Source: Candidatus Kaiserbacteria bacterium RIFCSPHIGHO2_02_FULL_55_25 (GTDB lineage: Bacteria; Patescibacteriota; Minisyncoccia; Phycocordibacterales; UBA2100). Taken from it: DNA of 64,000 nucleotides. Location of the stretch: assembly GCA_001781335.1 (NCBI GenBank), contig MFLL01000001.1, forward strand, positions 25,626 to 89,625, given 5' to 3'. A program made the translations under genes and the position numbers. Shown one piece after another: positions 17,404 to 27,556 of the stretch. The notes under the pieces are model-generated. The model had not been told where the DNA came from and ran no database searches. It saw only the letters and a list, made by a program, of their open reading frames with translations. Position 1 is the stretch's first letter. The number at the start of each line of letters is the position of its first letter.

Positions 17404-18542
17404 ACGGGTTCGTGTTGGAGCGCGACGTCGAGCAGAACGGTGGCAATTTTGCGTGCAGATTGCGGACGCGCGAACTTCTTCGCAGCTTGCGACATTTCCG
17501 CGACTCGCGCGGGATCTTTGATGATTCTCTCTATTTCCGCAAAAAGGACGTGTGGCGTGAGGTTGTGCTGCTCAATGACCACCGCTCCTCCCGCGCGCGC
17601 ATAGGAAAACGCGTTGGAGGTCTGGTCGTGAGAAATGTCTTCGGGAATCGGTACAAGTATCGCGGGAGTACCCCACGTGGCGAGCTCAAATATAGTGCCG
17701 CTCCCGGCGCGGGCAACCACCAGATTAGCGACACCAGCGGCCATGCGCAAAGCAAGCGCGTTCAGAAGCCCGAACGGCCGGTACCGCTCTTCGTGTGAAG
17801 TGTCGCGTAGCACGAGCTTGGCGAGCTTATCGACTTCATCAATATTCGCATTCCCCGCCTGATGAATTACGTTGTATGAGGAAACGAGTTGCGGAAGCGC
17901 GTCGATGATGGCGTTGTTGATAACCTGTGCGCCCTGCGAACCGCCCATGACGAGTACTGTCGGGACACTCGTATCAAGATGCAAAAACTCGTGACCGCCC
18001 TCTTTTGCGGGAGTCTCTATCTCCTTGCGTATAGGATGGCCGATGTGCGCGATGCGGTCGCGAATGGCGGCAGGAAAACGCGCGGCCGCTTCCGGATGCG
18101 CGACACCTATCCAACGGGCAAATTTTGACGACCACAGCGACACCCTGCCCGGAGTCGCGTCTGCGTCATAAATAACAACCGGAATACGCAGCAGTTTCGC
18201 CGCATACAGGCTGGGGAAAGCTGCAAATCCGCCCGTGGAGAATATTACGTCGGGATACAGGCGGTACAGCTGGACAATGGAAGTGCAGATGCCCCAAGCC
18301 GTCGCAAAGAGCCCCAGAACGTTGAAAATGCTGGAGTAGCGGCGAAGGCGCCCGGCCGCACCCGGAATGTAGGCTATTTCGTGCTCAAGAAGCGCGGTGC
18401 GCTCAAACGGCTCGGGGCCGATGTAATAGAGCTCCGGTTCGATAAGTGTGCGTTCCCGCGTAAGCTCTTCGAGTGCCTCGGCTACGGCAATAAGAGGATA
18501 GAAATGTCCTCCGGTTCCCCCGCCAAGCAAAACGATACGCAT
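17400..18542 (-). CDS. murG: Undecaprenyldiphospho-muramoylpentapeptide beta-N-acetylglucosaminyltransferase.
   Basis: The product begins MRIVLLGGGTGGHFYPLIAVAEAL and has a GT28 C-terminal domain. Confidence 0.92.
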   Translation of the reverse strand: MRIVLLGGGTGGHFYPLIAVAEALEELTRERTLIEPELYYIGPEPFERTALLEHEIAYIPGAAGRLRRYSSIFNVLGLFATAWGICTSIVQLYRLYPDVIFSTGGFAAFPSLYAAKLLRIPVVIYDADATPGRVSLWSSKFARWIGVAHPEAAARFPAAIRDRIAHIGHPIRKEIETPAKEGGHEFLHLDTSVPTVLVMGGSQGAQVINNAIIDALPQLVSSYNVIHQAGNANIDEVDKLAKLVLRDTSHEERYRPFGLLNALALRMAAGVANLVVARAGSGTIFELATWGTPAILVPIPEDISHDQTSNAFSYARAGGAVVIEQHNLTPHVLFAEIERIIKDPARVAEMSQAAKKFARPQSARKIATVLLDVALQHEPV

Positions 18543-18894
18543 TGCGCCATTTTATCACATCGGGTAGCCGTCGTTGACTGGAGCGTATAAAAATCAAAGG
18601 TTGACCTTGGGGTTATCGTTGGTCGACCCATTGTCAGCAGGATAGGGGCTTCACTATCCGTGAAGAATTTTTGCGCCGTCCCGCATTTCCCAATACCAAT
18701 CCTTGGTATCGCCATGACGGACGAATTTCACGACTTCGCCGCGGCGGCGCGCTTCGGTCACTTTGTGCGGGATGTGACTTGCGCCAGCACCAAAGTCTGC
18801 AACGTCGGACTCGGGCATCATAGCCCCCCTGTCACCGCCACCACCGATTGCGCTGGCCAAAGCAGCAAAAGCTACAAGGCTTACCCCTCGGGAT

Positions 18895-18934
18895 TACACA
18901 AGTCTGACTTCCGTACGGAAGTCAGACTTGTGTA
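18895..18934. repeat. Perfect 40-nt palindrome tacacaagtctgacttccgtacggaagtcagacttgtgta.
   Basis: I checked exact reverse-complement symmetry base by base. It lies in a roughly 490-bp non-coding stretch upstream of murG, and no T-run follows it. Confidence 0.9.
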
Positions 18935-18960
18935 GACTCAGTGCTCTGAATTTATAAGTC

Positions 18961-18999
18961 CTATAAAACAAAAGCTCCGCACGCGGGGTGAGGAGCTTG
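18961..18999 (-). terminator. Rho-independent terminator for the 19032-19721 gene.
   Basis: On the minus strand the stem aagctcc/ggagctt is followed by TTTGTTTTAT. Confidence 0.55.
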
Positions 19000-19031
19000 G
19001 TCGCACAGTGCGACAGGAACTTCTTGACACT

Positions 19032-19721
19032 TCAGCCCCTCTTAAGCACCTTGTCGAGCTTCGGGGCGAGTTGCGGTGCCATGTCGGCAAGACCGAGTTT
19101 GAGCGAACGCTTGCCGAACTTGGTCTCATCGCCAAGCATGGCTTTGGTTCGCATAGCCTCGGTGATGGTGTGCTCGCTATGCGTGCTTGCGATAACCTTG
19201 TTGTTCGGGTCGCCGGACGCGCGCAAGGTGTCGATAACCCTTTTCGCCATTCCGTTGCCGTTGTCGCGGTCATAGCACCACGGAGCAATTTCGTCTCCGC
19301 TCAGGTCTATTTTCATCACGCGACCTTTGAGGTAGTCGAAGTCCGTCTTCTTGGCAAGAATCGTTCTCGCCTCGTCGGCTGTCATGGGCTTGGGGTCGTA
19401 CTGTATGAATCCCATGCCCTGCGCTTGTGCTGCATTGTAGAGCGCGGCGAGCACTGTGGCTTTGTCGAGACCGCGAATTGAGATGGCGTCCATCGGTAGT
19501 CCTCCGGTTGAAGGGCATGATGCCTGTAATATAGTAGCATCTAGAACGATATTCGTCAAGGCACCTGCGAGAACACAATCGGACTTCTGAGGGAATTCTT
19601 TCCAAAAGGCACGCGGTTCGATATCATACGAGACAGCGAAGTTGCGAAGGCCGTATGGAATTTGAACCACCGACCGCGCAAACGCCTCTTCTGGCAGACT
19701 CCGTGCAGTGTATTCGGTCAC
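19032..19721 (-). CDS. Hypothetical protein (229 aa).
   Basis: A clean ORF between ftsW and a terminator. No family recognised. Confidence 0.5.
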   Translation of the reverse strand: MTEYTARSLPEEAFARSVVQIPYGLRNFAVSYDIEPRAFWKEFPQKSDCVLAGALTNIVLDATILQASCPSTGGLPMDAISIRGLDKATVLAALYNAAQAQGMGFIQYDPKPMTADEARTILAKKTDFDYLKGRVMKIDLSGDEIAPWCYDRDNGNGMAKRVIDTLRASGDPNNKVIASTHSEHTITEAMRTKAMLGDETKFGKRSLKLGLADMAPQLAPKLDKVLKRG

Positions 19722-19821
19722 TGTTGCACTTGAAGCTTTAATTCAAGTCCCAGACACTTTCCTTGATGGTCCGCTACCATGTGATTTGGACTTAAGTTGT
19801 AGGGTCTCACCGTCAAATTAT

Positions 19822-20919
19822 TCAGCTACGCCGGCGCGAAATACTGAGAAGCAGGCCGGCGCTGCCGAGCGAGGCGAGCATCGCGCTCCCGCCCTGACTG
19901 ATAAATGTGAGCGGTATACCGGTGACAGGTGCGACGCCGAGCATTGAAGCGATGTTTATAAACGCCTCTATAACAAGATAGGTCGATATTCCCACGGCAA
20001 GGAGCGAGCCGAACAAATCCGGCGCGCGGGCCGCGATGCTGTACCCGCGCAATGCGAACGCAAGGAAAAGCGCCACAATAAAGACCGAGCCGACAAAACC
20101 AAGCTCCTCTGCGGCGACCGCGAAAATGGAGTCACCCATCGGCTCCGGAAGATACGTAAACTTCTGTATCCCCTGCCCGAATCCGCGTCCGAACACTCCG
20201 CCCGAACCCACTGCAATAAGCGATTGCTTGATTTGATACGACTGATCGTGCTGGCCCTGCGAGGGATAGATGAATGTGACAAGCCGCTCGCGTACGTAGT
20301 CTTTTTTGTAAGCGACAAGCGCGAGCGCGACAACACCGACGCATATCACTGCCCCGATTTGTTTCCACGATGCGCCGGCGGCAAAAAATATCGCCAAGAC
20401 CGATATGCAGATGATACCGAGTGTTCCGATGTCGGGCTGCAGAACGAGCGCGAGCGCCGGCAATGCAAGCAGAGCCGCAAAGCCACCGAATCCGTACATG
20501 AACGAAGAGACTTTTGTTTTTATTGCGGCGAAATACGAAGCGGCAAGCAGAATGCTCGCGATTTTAAGAAGTTCCGACGGTTGGAACGAAAATCCGGCTA
20601 GGAGAATCCAGCGGCGGGCACCTCCGTGCCCAAACCCGATTTGTGGTATAAAAACGGCAAGAGTGGCGATAATCGCCAATGCATATATGTACGGCGCAAA
20701 GCGGCGCCACCGATGGTAATCCACCGCGGCACCAGTCATGAGCGCAATCGCACCCAAACCCACGCCAAGAACAAGATGGCTGAAGACCACCGACGACATA
20801 TTGGTCGCGCCGCGTGCCAAAAGTCCGAAAGCGGCGGAGGCGAATATCATGCAACCGCCGACAAGCAATACTAGTATCAAAAGCGCCAACGGTTTGTCGA
20901 CGGCGGCGCGTTTCTTCAT
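19822..20919 (-). CDS. ftsW: SEDS-family peptidoglycan glycosyltransferase (FtsW/RodA).
   Basis: A polytopic membrane protein with the FtsW/RodA signature, positioned between murG and mraY. Confidence 0.88.
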   Translation of the reverse strand: MKKRAAVDKPLALLILVLLVGGCMIFASAAFGLLARGATNMSSVVFSHLVLGVGLGAIALMTGAAVDYHRWRRFAPYIYALAIIATLAVFIPQIGFGHGGARRWILLAGFSFQPSELLKIASILLAASYFAAIKTKVSSFMYGFGGFAALLALPALALVLQPDIGTLGIICISVLAIFFAAGASWKQIGAVICVGVVALALVAYKKDYVRERLVTFIYPSQGQHDQSYQIKQSLIAVGSGGVFGRGFGQGIQKFTYLPEPMGDSIFAVAAEELGFVGSVFIVALFLAFALRGYSIAARAPDLFGSLLAVGISTYLVIEAFINIASMLGVAPVTGIPLTFISQGGSAMLASLGSAGLLLSISRRRS

Positions 20920-20923
20920 GGGT

Positions 20924-22054
20924 CTATGGTATCACTGTCGCGGGAGCCTCGTAGAGCATGGTTTGCTGGGGACTCACCGCGTACGGTGTTACGGGCAGGG
21001 CGGCGAGCGCGATAATCACCCCGACAAAGGCGAACACAACGGAAAGCACCCAGTAACGCATGACCACCTTGGGGCCCGGCCACCCGATGGCCTCAAAATG
21101 ATGATGCAGAGGCGCGACTTGCAGAACCTTCCTGCCGAAAAAACGTTTGGAAATGACCTGAACTACATTTGAGAGTACCGTAGCGACCAGCAACATGCCG
21201 ATGACCGGCAGTACCGCGACACCCACGCCGCCGCCGATGCTGTCGGTCATAAAGGCGACTGCAGCAAGGCTCAAGGTGAGCCCCATGGTGCCGGTGTCCG
21301 ACATGTAGAAACGCGCGGGAGGAATGTTGAACCAGAGGAATGCCAGCAATCCACCGACGATGGCCGCGCAAAATGCCGCGAGGTCGAGCTGTTGTTGAAC
21401 GAACGCAATGATGGTGTATGAGGCGAAAATGGACGCAAAGACGCCTCCGGAGAGCCCGTCTATCCCGTCGATAACGCCGGATGCGTAGAGCGCCAACGAA
21501 AGAAGAACAAAGCACGGGACAATCAGGATGCCGAGATACAACGGGGAGGCAAATGGGATGCTCAAGCTCACCACGCCGAGTTTCGCCCAAAACCACCAGC
21601 CGGTAAGGCCTGAAAGTGCGATGACGATAAGAATGCGGTGACGCAGCAAGAGGCCGCCGCCGCGCGGTTGAATCGCAAGGATGTCGTCGACGAGACCGAC
21701 CAAAGAGCCGGCCAAAAGGGCCCCGAGCGGTATCCATGTTTGGCTACGGCTCAGGAAGTCGAGCTGGAGCGAGGCGGTATTCGGCATCAGCCGTGCGAGC
21801 GCGGCGATGCCAAAAACGGTGAGCAGGGTACTTCCCCACACCACAATGCCGCCCATGCGCGGCGCGCGAACTTCGTGCTCTTTGTGAAGGTCGTTGAAAA
21901 TGTGCGCCGCTTCGCCGTCAAGAGCTATTTTCCCCGGAGCCTTTTTCCATGCTTTGTGTTTGTATAAATAATGCGTGAGGACCGGTGTCGCTGCCATACC
22001 GAAAATGAACGACACGGTGGCAGGAATAAGGATACGGATAATTTCGTAGAGCAT
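20924..22054 (-). CDS. mraY: Phospho-N-acetylmuramoyl-pentapeptide transferase.
   Basis: A polytopic membrane protein with MraY D/N-rich loops and the expected context. Confidence 0.92.
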   Translation of the reverse strand: MLYEIIRILIPATVSFIFGMAATPVLTHYLYKHKAWKKAPGKIALDGEAAHIFNDLHKEHEVRAPRMGGIVVWGSTLLTVFGIAALARLMPNTASLQLDFLSRSQTWIPLGALLAGSLVGLVDDILAIQPRGGGLLLRHRILIVIALSGLTGWWFWAKLGVVSLSIPFASPLYLGILIVPCFVLLSLALYASGVIDGIDGLSGGVFASIFASYTIIAFVQQQLDLAAFCAAIVGGLLAFLWFNIPPARFYMSDTGTMGLTLSLAAVAFMTDSIGGGVGVAVLPVIGMLLVATVLSNVVQVISKRFFGRKVLQVAPLHHHFEAIGWPGPKVVMRYWVLSVVFAFVGVIIALAALPVTPYAVSPQQTMLYEAPATVIP

Positions 22055-22056
22055 AT

Positions 22057-23040
22057 TTATTGCTGGGCAATCGCCGCACGAGCCGCCATTACAAGCATCT
22101 TCATGTCGGCAAATCTTCCGCTGTGCGTGGAGCCGAGGACGACGGCTACGACCGGGCGCGCGAGTCCGACATCAAAGACAACGGCGAGGTTACCGCCCGC
22201 GAGGTCGGTGTAGCCGGTTTTTCCCATGATGAGGCCCGGAATCGCTCCGAGCGCTTCGTTGGTGTTGAACGCGGAGGTCGTATTGCCGTCTTCGTCGGTA
22301 AGCAAGAGACCGTCTCTGGTCGTTCCCGAGAAACTCTCCGGCGAGGTTGATGCGGCGTACGCAAAGAGCGCCGCGACATCCTCCGCCGAACCGTACGCCC
22401 CCGACTGGGATATGCTCGAGTCGAGGCCGTTCACGTTGAGAAAATAGGTGTGCGTAAGACCGAGCGATTGCGCCAGATTGTTCATACGCCACAGTGCCGC
22501 GCCCCCCAACGGTGCCTGCGGATAGCGCGCCTTGACGGCGGCGTCGGCGACCTGTGCGAGAATGTTCGCGCCTTCGTTGGAAGAAGCGACGAGCGTGAAA
22601 TTGATGACGTCACCCAGTTTCCATTTCTCACCTTTCCCGAGACGCATCGCGGCGCCCTTCGGCGCGGTGTCGTAGGGTATGGTGACGAGCGATTCCGGCG
22701 GCATGGCGTCACGCACAGCAAGCACGAGTGCGACTTTGGCAAGTGAAGCGAGCGGTAATTGTGTGCCGGAATTGAGCCGGTAGAGGACTTTTCCTGTGCG
22801 CAGGTCAACAACAACCGCGCTCTTTGCCTGAAGCGAAATACCCGCAAAGGCGTCTGTCACCGCCGCCGCGGAAGCTGTTTCTGCGGACGGTACCTGTGTA
22901 ATATTGCCCATGTAGGCATACACAAATACGAACGCCGCTATAGCAAGCAACAGGAGCGTGGCGGGCCCTGCAAGGCCCGACAGGCGTGAAAGTACCTCCT
23001 GCGGTGCGTCATTGCTGTGCGATATCTCCTGTGGCGGCAT
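22057..23040 (-). CDS. D-alanyl-D-alanine carboxypeptidase (S11, PBP5/6-like) with an N-terminal membrane anchor.
   Basis: The S11 motifs SxxK (ASLAKV), SxN (ASSNEG) and KTG are present. The 5' end overlaps scpB by about 30-50 nt, depending on which Met is used. Confidence 0.85.
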   Translation of the reverse strand: MPPQEISHSNDAPQEVLSRLSGLAGPATLLLLAIAAFVFVYAYMGNITQVPSAETASAAAVTDAFAGISLQAKSAVVVDLRTGKVLYRLNSGTQLPLASLAKVALVLAVRDAMPPESLVTIPYDTAPKGAAMRLGKGEKWKLGDVINFTLVASSNEGANILAQVADAAVKARYPQAPLGGAALWRMNNLAQSLGLTHTYFLNVNGLDSSISQSGAYGSAEDVAALFAYAASTSPESFSGTTRDGLLLTDEDGNTTSAFNTNEALGAIPGLIMGKTGYTDLAGGNLAVVFDVGLARPVVAVVLGSTHSGRFADMKMLVMAARAAIAQQ

Positions 23041-23596
23041 GGTTTTCAAACGGCTCACTCGATTTTTTCTGGGACTCCTCGAATGCGGCCAATTCGCTGG
23101 CTATTTTAGCATATTCCGGCAATTCGTGCGCGTCGCGGATACCAAGGTGCGAAAGGAGCTCTACCGTGGGCCGGTAGAGGTATTCACGCGCATCGTTGGG
23201 GTTTGCGGCACGTTCAAGCAGTCCGCGCGAGGCAAGTGTGCGGATAGTTGACGATGTGTTGACTCCGCGGATGTAATCTATCTGTGTACGGGTCGAAGGT
23301 CCGCGATAGAGAATGATTGAGATGACTTCGAGCCCCGCGTCCCCTATCTCGCGACCTAATTCCCGTTCAAATGCTTTTTGTACGACGGGCGCGACAGGCG
23401 CGGCTACCACGAGTGCGGCTTCAGTGTCGCTCACCACGAGAGTAAGGCCGCCGTTTTCGAGTCTCGCGCGAAGTTTTGGGAGTGCCTCATCGACGTGCGC
23501 CAATGAAACATCGAGCAATTGCGCAATTTTCTTTTTGGGAAGCGAGCCGCCTTCGCTAAAAAGCAGTGCTTCGATTTTTGCGGAAAGGTCATCCAT
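23009..23596 (-). CDS. scpB: Segregation and condensation protein B.
   Basis: Tandem winged-helix ScpB pattern (IEALLF...GLTLVV). Confidence 0.85.
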   Translation of the reverse strand: MDDLSAKIEALLFSEGGSLPKKKIAQLLDVSLAHVDEALPKLRARLENGGLTLVVSDTEAALVVAAPVAPVVQKAFERELGREIGDAGLEVISIILYRGPSTRTQIDYIRGVNTSSTIRTLASRGLLERAANPNDAREYLYRPTVELLSHLGIRDAHELPEYAKIASELAAFEESQKKSSEPFENHAATGDIAQQ

Positions 23597-23602
23597 ATTA
23601 TG

Positions 23603-24328
23603 TTATGTGCCGTAGCGGGGTGCCGCGAGCGAGTCGTTCTCGATGGTGATGTCTTCGAATAGCCGTTCCTGCGTCACACTCGCGGAGCCTGCGCGCACTA
23701 GCTCCAGCATGGCGAGAAAATACACAATAACCTCGTGGCGGTCTTTACTCTTCGTCAACTCGCTGAAGCGTGCCTTGAAAGCATTGGCAAGCCTTTCTTT
23801 AAGACGCACAATGACGTCCTCGAGCGCCAGCACCGGCGCTACGGCCGCCTGCATCATTGCTTCCGGCTTGGGCAAAATGTTCATCAGGCGTATCGCCGCT
23901 TCCGCAATAGTCTGAATCGTCGCTTCGGCTGGAGAGAAGACGGCCGCGCGCGCCGGAGCGCGGTACGGGAACAGGAGTGGCGCTCTCCCCCACTCTTTGC
24001 GCAAAAGCCGCGATGCCTTGCGGATGATTTGCAGGCGCGCAAGCCGGCGCTCGAGCTCCAACACTGAATCGCGCTCGTCTTCGGAAAGGTCCATGGTGGG
24101 GAGAAGCGCGCGCGACTTGATAAGCAGGAGAGTGGAGGCGACGAGTATGAATTGTGCGGTCTCCCCGAGAGGAAGTTCGGGTAATTTTTCCACATACGCG
24201 AGATATGCGTCCGCCACATCCGCAAGCGAGATGTCCGAAATGGACATTCTGCGCTCCTCAATGAGGTTCAGCAGTGTCTCGAGAGGGCCCTGAAACGTGC
24301 CCGTAGCGATGTTAAATTTGCCCGTCAT
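23603..24328 (-). CDS. scpA: Segregation and condensation protein A.
   Basis: ScpA/kleisin-like sequence placed immediately upstream of scpB. Confidence 0.85.
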   Translation of the reverse strand: MTGKFNIATGTFQGPLETLLNLIEERRMSISDISLADVADAYLAYVEKLPELPLGETAQFILVASTLLLIKSRALLPTMDLSEDERDSVLELERRLARLQIIRKASRLLRKEWGRAPLLFPYRAPARAAVFSPAEATIQTIAEAAIRLMNILPKPEAMMQAAVAPVLALEDVIVRLKERLANAFKARFSELTKSKDRHEVIVYFLAMLELVRAGSASVTQERLFEDITIENDSLAAPRYGT

Positions 24329-25656
24329 GACTCGAATTCCGGAGCTTCCGAAAGGCGTGAATCAATGCGCGTCATGTCGCGCGGGAATGCGGTCGCCTCC
24401 TTAACGTTCGGTATTTCAAGCATGCGTGCAGTAAATCGTTCAAGTCCTGTTGAGGAACCGCCGTGCGGCGGCATGCCGTACCTGAAGGCTTGAAGATAAA
24501 AAACAAATTTCGCGGGATCGAATCCTCTTTCCTTCATTCGTGCGACGAGAGTGTCGTGATCATGTATGCGTTGTGCGCCACTGTTGATTTCAAGACCGCG
24601 GAAAAGCAAATCAAAACCCCTTGAATACGGTGATTCGGACGGGTCCTCATAGGTGTAGAACGCCCGCTTTTTCGTGGGATAGCGAGTAATAAAAATAAAG
24701 TCGGAACCCTTTTCCTTCTTAGACCACTCGCAAATCTGCCGCTCATTCTCCGGCTCCATATCCGGTTCGTGAGGAACACCCAGTATGTCTTGTGCCTCAC
24801 GCAATGTAAGTATCGGGATTTCATCGGGCACGAGCGGAACGGACGTATGGAATCGTTCGAATATGTCTGCGTGTTTTTCTGCAACAAATTTGACAGTGTC
24901 TTTGATGGTTTTCTCAAGCACGCGCATCGGTTCTTTTTCGTTCTCAATGAAACCCATCTCGAAATCCATGCACGTGGCTTCGCTCAAGTGTCTTGTGGTA
25001 GCGCTCCTCTCCGCGCGAAATATCTTTGCCACAGTGAACGCTCTTTCGAACGGGCCAACCATGATTTGTTTGTAAAATTGAGGACTCGTTGCAAGATAGG
25101 CCGTCTTGTCGTTGAAGTAATCGACCTTGAATACGGCCGAGCCGCCTTCTGCATCGCCACCGACAAGCGCTGGGGCCACGAATTCCGTAAACCCCTGCAA
25201 TTTCAAGGATGTCCGGTATGCATCAAGTATTGAAGATTGCATATGAAAGATGTCTCGGCTTCGCTGTGTTTTAAGCGTCAGTGGCAAATTGTCCAGATGT
25301 GTCTCAAGATGTAGGTCGGCACCAAGTTCAAAGGGCAGTGTCGCGGCCGCTCCGAGCACCTCTACCCTCTCTATCTGCAATTCTATGTCGCCGTTCTGCT
25401 TCCCCTCTTGGACGTTCTTTTCAGGTCGCTTGTTCACCAGCCCTGTAACTGCAACGGCCGACTCGACGCGCACGTCTTTGGCCGTCTCGATTGCCGCACT
25501 TTTAGGTAATACGACACCCTGCACGCTTCCCGTCATATCGCGGAAATCAAAAAATACCATCTTGCCTTGGTCGCGACGCACTGATACCCATCCCATAATC
25601 GTAACGCTCTCGCCGACATGCTGACTCAAATCTCCGATGTATGTGCGTTTTTCCAT
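24325..25656 (-). CDS. aspS: Archaeal-type aspartyl-tRNA synthetase (Asx type, probably non-discriminating).
   Basis: An N-terminal OB fold is followed by class II motifs, including the flipping-loop TSPQFYKQ and FRAERSATTRHLSE. The 443-aa length fits the archaeal-type AspRS/AsnRS clade. Confidence 0.8.
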   Translation of the reverse strand: MEKRTYIGDLSQHVGESVTIMGWVSVRRDQGKMVFFDFRDMTGSVQGVVLPKSAAIETAKDVRVESAVAVTGLVNKRPEKNVQEGKQNGDIELQIERVEVLGAAATLPFELGADLHLETHLDNLPLTLKTQRSRDIFHMQSSILDAYRTSLKLQGFTEFVAPALVGGDAEGGSAVFKVDYFNDKTAYLATSPQFYKQIMVGPFERAFTVAKIFRAERSATTRHLSEATCMDFEMGFIENEKEPMRVLEKTIKDTVKFVAEKHADIFERFHTSVPLVPDEIPILTLREAQDILGVPHEPDMEPENERQICEWSKKEKGSDFIFITRYPTKKRAFYTYEDPSESPYSRGFDLLFRGLEINSGAQRIHDHDTLVARMKERGFDPAKFVFYLQAFRYGMPPHGGSSTGLERFTARMLEIPNVKEATAFPRDMTRIDSRLSEAPEFES

Positions 25657-25658
25657 AG

Positions 25659-26591
25659 TTAGAGTGCCACGCCGATTTTTTGTCGCACGTCGGCCATCTT
25701 TGCAGACGCGCGGGCGCGGGCACGCTCGGCTCCGTGCGTCAGTATTTGTTTGACCTCTTCGTCGGTAATGACATCGCGTCGTTCACGCATCGGCGCGACA
25801 ACGGCCTCAATATCCTCGATGAGCGCTTCTTTTAATACTTTGTATTTACCTTTGTTTGTTTTGTACAGTTCTCCCAAGTAGTCGCCATCGCGGAACAACG
25901 CGTGTATCGCATATACATTCGTCGGACTCTCGGCATTGGAATCCGTGACGATAGACATAACGGCCTTCGCAATCTCGTCTTTGGTGCCGAACAGCGGAAT
26001 AGTGTTGCCGTAGCTCTTACTCATCTTCTTTCCGTCCGTACCCGGCACGATCGCGATTGCGTCGAGTATCCGCTCCTTGGGCTCTTTGAACGTGTCACCG
26101 AATGCTTTGTTGAACTTGGCCGCCGCTTCGCGCGCATACTCGACGTGTTGGCGCTGGTCCGCGCCCACAGGCACGATGTCGGTGTTGTAAAGCAAAATGT
26201 CGGCCGCCATAAGCATCGGATATGCAAAAAGGCCGGCGTTGGCCTCGAGCCCTTTCCCTACTTTGTCTTTGTATGCGTGCGACAGCTCGAGGAACGGCAC
26301 GGTGACGAGGCACTGGAATATCCACGCGAGCTCGGTGTGCTCCGGCACATCCGACTGTTTGAACACGACCGTCTTATCGGGGTCGATGCCTGCGGCGAGA
26401 TAATCGCGAGTCGCGTTGATGATATTGGCACGTAGCTCCGCGGGCTCGCGCAGTGTCGTGAGCGCATGGTAGTCCGCGACCATGAGCATACCCTCATGCT
26501 CCTTGCACATCTCAACAGCCGGCTTGAGCGCACCGATGTAGTTGCCGATATGAAGTGCCCCTGATGGCTGTAATCCCGTGAATAGTTTCAT
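25659..26591 (-). CDS. trpS: Tryptophanyl-tRNA synthetase.
   Basis: It has GLQPSGALHIGNYIG and KMSKS. Confidence 0.92.
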   Translation of the reverse strand: MKLFTGLQPSGALHIGNYIGALKPAVEMCKEHEGMLMVADYHALTTLREPAELRANIINATRDYLAAGIDPDKTVVFKQSDVPEHTELAWIFQCLVTVPFLELSHAYKDKVGKGLEANAGLFAYPMLMAADILLYNTDIVPVGADQRQHVEYAREAAAKFNKAFGDTFKEPKERILDAIAIVPGTDGKKMSKSYGNTIPLFGTKDEIAKAVMSIVTDSNAESPTNVYAIHALFRDGDYLGELYKTNKGKYKVLKEALIEDIEAVVAPMRERRDVITDEEVKQILTHGAERARARASAKMADVRQKIGVAL

Positions 26592-26726
26592 AGTGACGAT
26601 AGAGCGGCGTAAGAGGTAAACAGTTTACCCCGTACTAACTTGACCCAGTCAAGTTTAGCGCTGAGGCCGCATAGGCTCAAATATATCAGATTTCTCGGCG
26701 TCCCTGTAGGGTTCAGTATATAAGAA

Positions 26727-26754
26727 AACCCCGCGTGACAATGCGCGCGGGGTT
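26727..26754 (-). terminator. Rho-independent terminator after the nucleotidyltransferase gene.
   Basis: On the minus strand the stem ccccgcg/cgcgggg is followed by TTTTCTT. Confidence 0.55.
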
Positions 26755-27538
26755 ACTCTGACTGAGAGTCAGGATACAAACCATAGAACAGTTCTATAGC
26801 TTGTTCAGTAATTTCCATCGCCTTGCGTGGTTCCGATTCGGCACCGTTAACGATTGCGAGCGCTTGCCTGGCAAGTGGTGTTGCCTCCGGCGCATACGTT
26901 GCAATCATCGTGACCGTTTGCTCTGGCGAGATGTAGAATGTCGCACCGCGGAGAATCGTAATGCCGGAGAGCACGCGAATCGCGGCTTTTGCGCTGGAGC
27001 GAGCAAGCAGTCTGGGATTACTCCGAAACGGCTCATTGATGACCCCAGACCGATACCTTTTCATTAGTATCTTGGCGCGAGCGGCACGTCCGTAGGCCAT
27101 CGTCTCGACTGAGGGGACGTGTGCCCGAAAGTCGATCCCGTCGCCCCACAGATGCAGTCCTGTCACTGCGATGATTCGTGCCCGGCCCAATACCATCGCA
27201 TCAGGATTCTCCACATGGAGCGCCGCAAGACTGAGTATCGAGTTATTGATGAATGATACTTGTGGCCAAGATGCACCGAGCGTCGACAGCTCTCGCCGTC
27301 TCGCAGCTTCATTGTCAGGGTGTACTTCTCGCTCGACCACCCCAACGACATCAAGGTCGCTAACGCCAGGCATCCATTCTCCTACCGCCACGCTTCCGAT
27401 GACGTAGACTGACCGTAAATCAGAATGATGTCGTCGGTAGCATGCCACAGTATCATCCGCAAGCGGGCGGAGAATTGATGGAATCTCTTCAAGAACTTTG
27501 AAACCAAGCGTGAGACGCTTGGGTGATTGATCTGACAT
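26753..27538 (-). CDS. Pol-beta-superfamily nucleotidyltransferase (ANT/KNTase-like two-domain architecture).
   Basis: The motif GS-x10-DLD (VIGSVAVGEWMPGVSDLDVVGVV) is followed by a helical C-terminal domain. Confidence 0.7.
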   Translation of the reverse strand: MSDQSPKRLTLGFKVLEEIPSILRPLADDTVACYRRHHSDLRSVYVIGSVAVGEWMPGVSDLDVVGVVEREVHPDNEAARRRELSTLGASWPQVSFINNSILSLAALHVENPDAMVLGRARIIAVTGLHLWGDGIDFRAHVPSVETMAYGRAARAKILMKRYRSGVINEPFRSNPRLLARSSAKAAIRVLSGITILRGATFYISPEQTVTMIATYAPEATPLARQALAIVNGAESEPRKAMEITEQAIELFYGLYPDSQSE

Positions 27539-27556
27539 GTACTCCTCCTGTTTGCA

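Noticed and set aside
18654-18860. A small 68-aa minus-strand ORF upstream of murG.
   Set aside because: It has no RBS or -10 context and no recognisable motif. A competing plus-strand ORF overlaps it. It is left uncalled.
19722-19821. Hairpins acttgaa...ttcaagt in the ftsW downstream spacer, taken as a possible terminator.
   Set aside because: No T-run follows on either strand, so the call is too weak.
22057-23058. The 50-nt overlap between the D-Ala-D-Ala carboxypeptidase ORF and scpB, taken as a possible frameshift or pseudogene.
   Set aside because: Both frames carry intact family motifs. Overlaps of this size are plausible in compact genomes, and an internal Met at 23040 reduces the overlap.
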